This document shows positions 56,946 through 64,000 of a DNA stretch of 64,000 nt, piece by piece. A model generated the notes under the pieces. It saw only the letters and a list, made by a program, of their open reading frames with translations, made no database searches and had not been told where the DNA came from. A program made the translations under genes and the position numbers. Within the stretch, counting starts at the first letter, position 1, and every line of letters starts with the position of its first letter. The stretch is from Candidatus Moraniibacteriota bacterium (GTDB lineage: Bacteria; Patescibacteriota; Minisyncoccia; Moranbacterales; UBA1568): positions 2-64,001 of the forward strand of contig JAAXXZ010000003.1 in assembly GCA_013334245.1 (NCBI GenBank). Reading direction: 5' to 3'.

Positions 56946-58094
56946 TCAGGAGATGCCGTAGCAGCGGGTGCCGGCCCCGTTCCGGAAGTCTCCGGTATAG
57001 AGTCCAAGAACCTGCTTCGCCTTCTTCTTCCCGTTGGCAGGGAGATCGTAGGTCGCGAGCGCTCCGGAAACCTGTCCGTTTTCCATCGCACCATACGCGA
57101 TCCGCTCATCATCGACGATCAACATCTCGGAAGAAAGCATGTCACGGTCAGCTCGCAGTTCGAGATCAAACCCGAGAGCCGTAATAACCGCAACCGAAAG
57201 ACCGGCGCGACGCTCGTCACTCTTCATCTGCAGCTTGCCAGTGTAGAGCTGTTCGAGGGCAGCGATGGCATGAATCGAACCATGTATCGCCGTCGGTACC
57301 AGTCCAGCCGCAAGATGCGTCTCAAGCGCCGAATACAGCTTAGCCTCCGTAAGAGACCCACCGACGTTCGACGTGTTCGAAATGAACTGCCGAAGTCCGC
57401 CCATGGTCGCGACCTTGTTGGTCGTGTCATTGTTGCGGAGTCCGTAGATCAACGCGCGGTTCAGCAGCCGTAAGGTCTCCTTCGTCTTCACCGCAACCGC
57501 CATATCAAGCGCATCACCGAAGTCTGCTCCGGAAGCGATCGCCAGCTGCAGCGATTCATCGGCAACGTCCTCAAACTCCTGGACATAGTTGTAGTCCTCC
57601 GTAAAGCCCTGAAAGTTGGCCGTCATCGCATCCCCGCCTTCGACCTGCGCGTTACCGATGATCGTGACCGTAAACGCTGTGGTCGGCTGCGCCGTTGCCG
57701 TCGAGCCCCCATGTCCGCGCCCGTATACGTCAATCGTATTCGATCCGGTCGTCACCGTTTTAACGACAACCTGTTCACTGCCGTTCGGCAAAAGCAGAAC
57801 ATCGCCAACGCGGATCTTGGTTATATCACCCGAGGCAATCGGAAGGCTCGCCGTAACACCTGTCGAGTTCCACAGCACTCCTGCTCCGGATGTTCCAGAA
57901 GTAACTGTGACCACCCGCGCCGCAAGATTCCGCCACTCGTGCTTCGTCTTCGTAACCATCGCACCAAACCGACTCTTAATCGGCCGCAGGTGCCGGACAA
58001 ACGACAGATACCGCATATCGTTATCCGTCAGGAACAGGGTATCAATCACTGGGGAAAGATCCTCCCTGGTCCGAATATCTCCTATCAACATCAC
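56946..58094 (-). CDS. Major capsid protein (SU10 MCP / DUF5309-like)
   Basis: REDLS, KHEW, GNAQVEG, NYVQEF, ALIYG and MGGL motifs; position after the scaffold. Confidence 0.8.
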   Translation of the reverse strand: MMLIGDIRTREDLSPVIDTLFLTDNDMRYLSFVRHLRPIKSRFGAMVTKTKHEWRNLAARVVTVTSGTSGAGVLWNSTGVTASLPIASGDITKIRVGDVLLLPNGSEQVVVKTVTTGSNTIDVYGRGHGGSTATAQPTTAFTVTIIGNAQVEGGDAMTANFQGFTEDYNYVQEFEDVADESLQLAIASGADFGDALDMAVAVKTKETLRLLNRALIYGLRNNDTTNKVATMGGLRQFISNTSNVGGSLTEAKLYSALETHLAAGLVPTAIHGSIHAIAALEQLYTGKLQMKSDERRAGLSVAVITALGFDLELRADRDMLSSEMLIVDDERIAYGAMENGQVSGALATYDLPANGKKKAKQVLGLYTGDFRNGAGTRCYGIS

Positions 58095-58168
58095 TTTGAA
58101 AGAACGACCGCCACCTCGCTACACCTCATCGCACACCTCGTCATCCCGTACTATCGAATTAAAACCGC

Positions 58169-58879
58169 TTACTGACTAAGACCATTCCGGACTCGCGTGA
58201 GTCGCATCACCTCGACGGATTTCTGGACACCGCTCATATTCTGGTCCTTCTGGACCTTCTCAATCGCTGCATCCACATCCGCCGCTGTGCCATAGGCAGG
58301 AGCCGCAAAATACCGACTATCGCCGTATATCTGCTTATTCCTCGCCCGCTGCGCCTCGACGATCTTTTCGATCGCCGCGTCGTCCTTGTCGATAAGCAGT
58401 TCCGGAAGAATATCCGGATACTTCTCGGCAAGAATCTTCTCGCGCTTTTCCCTCTGAACCGTCGCCAGTTCATCGGTAAGCCGTTTGACCTCCTCGCGCA
58501 TCGATTCGACAATCTGAGACAAAGCCGAACCATCCGCGCCCTTCATGCGCTCAAGTTCGGCCTGCGCCGCCTTAAGCTGCTTATCCCGCTCCGTCAGTTT
58601 GGCGTGGAGGGCCTGGATATTCGGATCCAAGTTACCGCCGTCGCCAGGTTTGCCGCCGCCGGCATCCGGATTGCCGTTCCCTTTCGGGTCAGGGTCCTTA
58701 TTGCCGTCGCCGGGACCTTTTTCACCCTCCGACTTCGTCTCTCCGATCATGAAGATCCCCAGCGGCAAAACCGCCGGACCCGCGACCATCGCCACAAGAG
58801 CGACGACCGCAGCAAAGAAAATCCGCCTTCGGTTGAAAACAATAGAATCCATCACCTCCTGTATCATGCTCCGCATCAT
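58169..58879 (-). CDS. Capsid scaffolding protein with N-terminal hydrophobic segment
   Basis: G/D/P-rich linker and long coiled coil directly upstream of the MCP. Confidence 0.7.
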   Translation of the reverse strand: MMRSMIQEVMDSIVFNRRRIFFAAVVALVAMVAGPAVLPLGIFMIGETKSEGEKGPGDGNKDPDPKGNGNPDAGGGKPGDGGNLDPNIQALHAKLTERDKQLKAAQAELERMKGADGSALSQIVESMREEVKRLTDELATVQREKREKILAEKYPDILPELLIDKDDAAIEKIVEAQRARNKQIYGDSRYFAAPAYGTAADVDAAIEKVQKDQNMSGVQKSVEVMRLTRVRNGLSQ

Positions 58880-58963
58880 ATGTTTGTCATCGTTCGTTTT
58901 TTGATAATCCGCCGCCGCTCCTTCTCGATCTTCCGCCGATATTCCCGATTCCCGACATCCGGC

Positions 58964-59335
58964 TCAAGTTTCGCTATCCCCTGCCGGAGGCTCCTCCGCG
59001 CCTTCCGATATTTCGACCGCCACCGATGCCTCAATATCAAGAATGAGGCAGAGAGGATCATCCGGAAACGGCACCAAACTCCGTGTTTCATACGGTTTTT
59101 TCCTTAGTCGATTTATAAATGCCTTTGTAGGGCCAATTTGAAGCGGCGCGTCATTGCAGACGTACACCAAAGACCCCTCTTCAACCCCAGCCGCCTTAAA
59201 CGCGGGCGACAAATGCGGCGAAGTGGCATACGTCCTCGTTACTATTTCTCCATCCTTCACGACATCAAACCACACCTTTACATCGTTCATGTAAGGCGGA
59301 ATCTGTACAAAATCTCGTAAAATATGCACTTCCAT
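58964..59335 (-). CDS. Phage hypothetical protein
   Basis: Fills the gap between co-oriented phage genes. Confidence 0.55.
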   Translation of the reverse strand: MEVHILRDFVQIPPYMNDVKVWFDVVKDGEIVTRTYATSPHLSPAFKAAGVEEGSLVYVCNDAPLQIGPTKAFINRLRKKPYETRSLVPFPDDPLCLILDIEASVAVEISEGAEEPPAGDSET

Positions 59336-59339
59336 ATGT

Positions 59340-60209
59340 TTATGCCGTTCGTTTAACACCTGCGGCCAAAATCCGCAGATCTGTTATCGCTGCCGACAAT
59401 TGTGCGGTCCAATTTTCATTCGCAACCGGCTGCAGCATCGGGACATCAGAAAAATCAATTCGCACCGTCTCGCCGGCCGGCACATTGACCGATAGTAACA
59501 CTGTGCCAGCAGTCGCCGCTCGAATATCGACACGCACCGCGCTCGCGCTTGTGTTCGTAAACATCATCCAGGAAGGATCAACATATACGCCCGCCCCTGC
59601 GGCCGCAAGCAGCGTCGTCTCGGTCGTTGTCGTCAAGATAAGAGGCATTTGCACCATCTGCGCACGCACTCCCAGCGCGACCATAACCTGCTTACCCAGC
59701 AAATCAAACATTGCGTCCACTCGATCAGCATTCGCAACAGCCGCCCTATCAGCACTTCCAGCTCGCCCACCTACTTTCACCGGATTGGATGAATCGACTG
59801 CATCATGACCCGCGTTGCCGTTAATGGAAGCAGAAACAGTATTCAGTAATCCTACAATCGGTTGTGTGGACAATAACACCGTCGCGGTACGCGTACCGGA
59901 CGTATATGCCGATACTCGAATCCGGAAATAGACGGTCGGAACCATGCCATACCATTGTCCCGCAGAGGTAGCGCTCGTTGTTGCAGATCCTCCAGCAACC
60001 GGTACCAACGCACAGGAGCTCCAATTTATACCGTCATTAGAACACTCAAAAATTACCGTACCAACAAACGTACCTGATAGTTGCACGACGACCGAATCAA
60101 ACAGATCCATCAAAATCGGCGATCCGTCAGATGTCAAAATATTGTTAGTCAAAGCAGCCGCAGAACCCTGCATCAACTCTGTGTGTGAATTTGGTACGAC
60201 TCTGCTCAT
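59340..60209 (-). CDS. Virion structural protein, probably head spike/decoration (two beta-sandwich domains)
   Basis: VQLSGTFVGTVIFECSNDGINW and YFRIRVSAYTSG; A/T/S/G-rich. Confidence 0.55.
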   Translation of the reverse strand: MSRVVPNSHTELMQGSAAALTNNILTSDGSPILMDLFDSVVVQLSGTFVGTVIFECSNDGINWSSCALVPVAGGSATTSATSAGQWYGMVPTVYFRIRVSAYTSGTRTATVLLSTQPIVGLLNTVSASINGNAGHDAVDSSNPVKVGGRAGSADRAAVANADRVDAMFDLLGKQVMVALGVRAQMVQMPLILTTTTETTLLAAAGAGVYVDPSWMMFTNTSASAVRVDIRAATAGTVLLSVNVPAGETVRIDFSDVPMLQPVANENWTAQLSAAITDLRILAAGVKRTA

Positions 60210-61570
60210 AGCCCTTTCTTGTTCTTTTCAACTTCATCACTGGGCTTAAAAAACTCGCGCTCTTTCAGAATCTCTGCGAGCTTCAAGTCAGCGTCTTCAC
60301 CGCCCCGCAACTCCTCGATCGCGTCTCGACGAGAAATCAAACTGGCATCAACCATCATCGTCATTTCCTCGACCTTCGCCTTCGTATCCTGCGGCAGTGC
60401 CGGATGATAAACGGGATCTGTATGATAGTCGCCATCGGTCGCACCGAAACGATACGTAAGGATCGCCCGATTCAGTGCGCGGAATCCCTCATCCCAGAAA
60501 ACGCGCATATAGGCGACCGCATCAAGCATGTCGTTGTATTGGTAGGCCAAAGAAACGCCGGAAACCGCGCTCTTGATCGTACCAGCGGAATCAACCAAAC
60601 ACAGCTTGGTCTTGATTTGTTCGCGGATATCCGACACATACGCCGCGATATCCTCAGCGTCCGGAACCGTCAGATATTTAGCGTCAGCGCCCTTTTCAAG
60701 ACGCGTAACCTTCTTCCGCCCTCGCTTGACCGCCGACTCGTCCTTTACCAAGTCGGACATAAAAACCAGATGCGGATCGGTATTGTCGCCGACTCGCTTT
60801 GACCAATCGCTCGTGCGTCGATTCAGATCCTCTTCAAGGCTTCGGACGGAGCGCAATTTCGGCCGACCGTTCATGCTGTGCGGCTTCGGACGGTTGGGCA
60901 TAAAAGAATACGGCACAACATGCGAAACATTATCGCCCTGCGCCTTTACGGCATCGTCCTCGATGACGACATACGCGTCGCGAGTCCAATACGTAACCCG
61001 CTTCGTCAGCGTCATGTGCGCATTGTAAAACTCCTCCGTATGTGCGGCAGCGGCAAGCCCATCGGCGTCAAACAGAAACGAGCATCGCGTCGGGTCAACG
61101 GATCGAATCATGGCCCGCTTCGTCGTCGGATCTTGCGGATAATACAGAACCGCCGATCCACCGACCAGAAAGTTTTGCCCCTGCTCGAGCAAAATCGCCG
61201 ACAGGTTTGACCGCTTGTACACGTCGATGATCTCCTGTTCATACTTCGAGCGCTTGGCCTTGTCCTGCTCGTAAGTCTTCACGCCGATTTCAAGCACCTG
61301 CGTCCGCGGATTGATCGGAAACAATTTGCCGAGATATTTGTCCGTATAATCTTCGGAAAGATTCAGCGTCAAAACGGGCGCGTCCTCGCGCTCGAGTTTC
61401 TCGGCCGCATCCCACTGGTTACCATCAAAAACAAAGGAAAATGCCTTTGCGAACTCCGATTCGCGCTCGCGTCGTCCCTTCTCCGTCGCGGAGATGAAAT
61501 CACTCGCCGCGCGCACGAGCGCCGCATTCGTCGGACTCACTGCCGTCTTGATTTTATTGAAAATACCCAT
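60206..61570 (-). CDS. Portal protein
   Basis: 454 aa, follows terL; IRSVDP, SGVSL and ISRRDAIEEL motifs typical of portals. Confidence 0.8.
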   Translation of the reverse strand: MGIFNKIKTAVSPTNAALVRAASDFISATEKGRRERESEFAKAFSFVFDGNQWDAAEKLEREDAPVLTLNLSEDYTDKYLGKLFPINPRTQVLEIGVKTYEQDKAKRSKYEQEIIDVYKRSNLSAILLEQGQNFLVGGSAVLYYPQDPTTKRAMIRSVDPTRCSFLFDADGLAAAAHTEEFYNAHMTLTKRVTYWTRDAYVVIEDDAVKAQGDNVSHVVPYSFMPNRPKPHSMNGRPKLRSVRSLEEDLNRRTSDWSKRVGDNTDPHLVFMSDLVKDESAVKRGRKKVTRLEKGADAKYLTVPDAEDIAAYVSDIREQIKTKLCLVDSAGTIKSAVSGVSLAYQYNDMLDAVAYMRVFWDEGFRALNRAILTYRFGATDGDYHTDPVYHPALPQDTKAKVEEMTMMVDASLISRRDAIEELRGGEDADLKLAEILKEREFFKPSDEVEKNKKGL

Positions 61571-61580
61571 ACATCGTATC

Positions 61581-61787
61581 TTATTTGAAACACTCCTCCT
61601 TCATCTTCAACCAGATATCCACTCCGCATTCCGGACACGTCGCCGCCTTCGTTGCCTTTCCCTGCTCGCTGTTGTCATGTATCAAACCGATCATCTTCTG
61701 CTTATCATTCCATCCGACCGTCGTCGCCGGGATCATGCATATCGGACACATGAACCGACTTGCGTATAGCTCATCCGAGATCTCCAT
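61581..61787 (-). CDS. Small zinc-ribbon protein
   Basis: CPIC..CPEC. Confidence 0.6.
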   Translation of the reverse strand: MEISDELYASRFMCPICMIPATTVGWNDKQKMIGLIHDNSEQGKATKAATCPECGVDIWLKMKEECFK

Positions 61788-63138
61788 ACTTCACCGTCTC
61801 AATGGTTATGCCCGATGCCGCGATGGCAAGCGCCATCAGCCAGTCGGTATCGAGATTGACATCGCTTCTCTGATAGACGGTCATCTCGTCGGCCAATGCC
61901 GGAATGAACGGCGCCACCAGCAGCCCGGCATCAATCACCGCCTGCAAATGATCAAGCAGCTCGTCCTTGCGCCCGCCGCGGAAGTCAACGGGATCAGCGA
62001 TATCCATCAAAATGCCGTACAGCGTATCACCGACACCGGTCGAGTCGAGCCGCACATCCTCGCGTGTCTCATAGTGCGAAGCGCGGATCTCCCGTTCGAT
62101 GGATGATTGCTCAATGACTCGTCCCTCGGCCGCGTTGATGTTCTCGCGCTCCTTCTCGGTCCATGGCAGCTGGAAGTTCCACGTCTTCACCACGCGCGCC
62201 GGCCGCTCGGTTACGTCCAGCCGTATCCCTACAGTCTGGTCCGACTGGCTCCCCTTGCGGCCTCGTGCGAGATCCCATCCCGACAGGTATTTCCGGCCGA
62301 CCTGTGGCTCTTCAAAGGTCAGGTCGTCGCGGAACAATACCGGCACACGGGAAGCAAACATCATCGTACCCGTGTCGATGGACTTGCCGTAGATCGTCTG
62401 CTGCACGCGGGCCTCACTCCACGAGCTCGTGATATACCGGAGCAAGTCATGATCGATCCACGGATTTTCAAAAGAACTCCCACCGCGGACATACCCGCCG
62501 GCCCGCCCTATCTTCTCGACGACGCGCCAGTAGGCGTTCTTCCCCTTCGGCGTTGCGAAGAAGTCCAACTGACTATCCGGGTATTTGCGAGTGCGAGGAA
62601 GGAGAATGGATTCGCGGATGAACTCAAGATATGGCTCAAGCGCGATTTCGTCCGCACTGATATAGCCGTACTCCTTACCTTCAACCGATTCCGCCTTCTT
62701 CTTCGTCGTCTTGAACTCCGTCTCGGACCCGAAACGATATCGAATCCGAGGAACCGGAGAACTGACAATCCCATTTTTCGGAATCAATCCGAGTCGTGAA
62801 AGAACTGGACTCTCCTGCGCGTACCTCACGATCCGCGCTTGAACCATCTCCGCCTGCTCGATAGTAATCGCTATATTCAGCGTTCGATATGCAGGATCGA
62901 AGAGATGGCTCAAGATGAACCGCAAATGCTTAATGGCGATAACCTCCGTCTTTCCAAAACCGTTCCCAGGATGAAGCGCGTTTTCCTTAAACTGCGCTTT
63001 CGATAGGAATTCCGACTGTCCATCATGCAACTTCCCTTTCAAAACGCACTCGACAAACGGCTGCCAATCCCCCTCATTCTGAATCTTCGCAAGCGACCAA
63101 GTGATCAAATCTATCAACTTCGCATCAATGTCAGTCAT
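61771..63138 (-). CDS. terL: Terminase large subunit
   Basis: Walker A HPGNGFGKT, Walker B ISADE, ATPKG, SFENP, RNase H-like GWDLA..D and DSTGVG..DWLMALA. Confidence 0.9.
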   Translation of the reverse strand: MTDIDAKLIDLITWSLAKIQNEGDWQPFVECVLKGKLHDGQSEFLSKAQFKENALHPGNGFGKTEVIAIKHLRFILSHLFDPAYRTLNIAITIEQAEMVQARIVRYAQESPVLSRLGLIPKNGIVSSPVPRIRYRFGSETEFKTTKKKAESVEGKEYGYISADEIALEPYLEFIRESILLPRTRKYPDSQLDFFATPKGKNAYWRVVEKIGRAGGYVRGGSSFENPWIDHDLLRYITSSWSEARVQQTIYGKSIDTGTMMFASRVPVLFRDDLTFEEPQVGRKYLSGWDLARGRKGSQSDQTVGIRLDVTERPARVVKTWNFQLPWTEKERENINAAEGRVIEQSSIEREIRASHYETREDVRLDSTGVGDTLYGILMDIADPVDFRGGRKDELLDHLQAVIDAGLLVAPFIPALADEMTVYQRSDVNLDTDWLMALAIAASGITIETVKYGDLG

Positions 63139-63179
63139 ACGCCATTTCGAATCACATCCGATTTGATATCGCCCATTCC

Positions 63180-63815
63180 AACGCACCACCCCTTCGAACC
63201 ACAAAGCCCCTACTGCTTGGCCGTCCCCCTACTGAATCGATCGCGGGCCTCGTACTGCTTCGGTGTGTGTCGTCGCGAATACTGCTGGGCGTGTCATTCG
63301 TGGCCCCTACCTTCGAACCGTATCCGTGGTGGCTTGCACGAAAGGTGGTCGTCTGCACCAAGCGCAACCGCGTGGCAAGCTCCCCGTAGCAGAGTGGCAC
63401 GTTCCTACTCGACACCCGGCTGGCCTCGTCCCGCCTATCCGGCCCCTACCAAACCCGATTCGGCCAGATGTGCTTCGGAGTACGTCTACGCTCCTTCGCG
63501 CTGGTACCTTATGGCCTCAAAAGGATGGGGACTATTCCGATTCGCGCGCTACGGGCTCACCGTCGTCCGAGGGGCCCCCGCCCCACGGCCTAGGCGATCC
63601 CGTTCCGAAGCAGGTCAGGGCACCCCGCCGTCCCCTCTACCCCCCCGGACCCCCCGTACTCTCCCGGCATCCCCGATATTGACGGGGGCCTCATTGGTTC
63701 GGGGGGGAGAGGAGCACTCTTGGGGGCCCTTCGGAAAGGCATTCCCCCGAGGGCGACTGATACCGGCCCGACCGTCGTGTCCGCACCGCGGCCCCGCCGT
63801 ATGTCGGACCGGCAA
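63180..63815. ncRNA. Candidate large structured non-coding element upstream of terL (strand undetermined)
   Basis: GC-rich, no convincing ORF over 63140-63690, several long stems and repeated short motifs (see findings). Confidence 0.4.
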
Positions 63816-63954
63816 GGTTTCGCCCTCCTCCCCTGCCTTTCCGCCCTGCTTTCGGACGCGCGCCCAACCGTTTCCGATTCTTCTTCTTCGCCTCTTTCCC
63901 GCCCCTGCCCTTGGGTGGTTTCTGCTTCGTTGGATCTGGCTTGCGCTCGGGCAT
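63691..63954 (-). CDS. Possible highly basic small phage protein
   Basis: K/R/G-rich N-terminal ~50 aa; C-terminal part overlaps hairpins, so may be spurious. Confidence 0.35.
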   Translation of the reverse strand: MPERKPDPTKQKPPKGRGGKEAKKKNRKRLGARPKAGRKGRGGGRNLAGPTYGGAAVRTRRSGRYQSPSGECLSEGPPRVLLSPPNQ

Positions 63955-64000
63955 CGTCCGTCCGGCGGGTCCCTGGCCCGCTCGGCCGGCCGACTTGCCC

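Larger units (their letters stand above)
52180..64000 (-). mobile_element. Prophage (Caudoviricetes, podovirus-like) packaging, structural and lysis module; continues beyond the window
   Basis: Co-oriented terL, portal, scaffold, MCP, adaptor, nozzle, fibre, holins and endolysin. Confidence 0.88.

Noticed and set aside
58095-58168. Scaffold-MCP fusion by readthrough or frameshift
   Set aside because: Would need both a frame change and passage through an in-frame TAG; no slippery site evident
63140-63690. TAG-rich minus strand as a recoded terS gene; ORFs 63152-63415 and 63263-63682
   Set aside because: Translations are low-complexity with no HTH or terS features; the TAGs largely belong to the repeated GTAGGGG motif
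1-64000. Alternative genetic code (TGA or TAG recoding) in host or prophage
   Set aside because: prfB is present, conserved genes end at TGA/TAG at expected lengths, and phage ORFs are full length in code 11
52180-64000. Diversity-generating retroelement targeting the fibre gene
   Set aside because: No reverse transcriptase and no template/variable repeat pair seen in the window

Overview
Bacterial chromosome window, most likely from a Patescibacteria/CPR organism (Parcubacteria-like; inferred from the short HrcA, CPR-type small and orphan proteins and gene content; standard code 11 with prfB present). Bases 1-124 are the left end of an IS30-family element. 0.8-51 kb is host chromosome, mostly + strand: corA, yidD, CIRCE-controlled hrcA / NUDIX-grpE fusion / csaA / dnaK, a variable region after dnaK (fused CapRel-like toxSAS, PP2C, RidA, thermonuclease, NUDIX, HD, Maf-like), engB, DsbA-like genes, tRNA-Thr, frameshifted prfB, ftsEX, tRNA-Gln, pyrB, glmM, ABC-F, a pseudouridine synthase and a RecB-like nuclease. 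It also carries several REP-like palindrome families. A 28-bp dif-like site at 51918-51945 is followed by a compact, - strand, podovirus-like prophage late module (terL, portal, scaffold, SU10-type major capsid, adaptor, nozzle, small fibre, holins, M23-LysM endolysin) that runs off the window end. The most interesting signals are: the prophage abutting the dif-like site; a ~600-nt GC-rich, highly structured non-coding stretch upstream of terL; a tandem 149-nt structured element forming the dnaK leader; and a duplicated [dnaK 3' tail - low-GC gene - 121-bp element] unit, one copy of which carries the CapRel-like gene. All family assignments are by motif recognition only; no database searches or folding programs were run.
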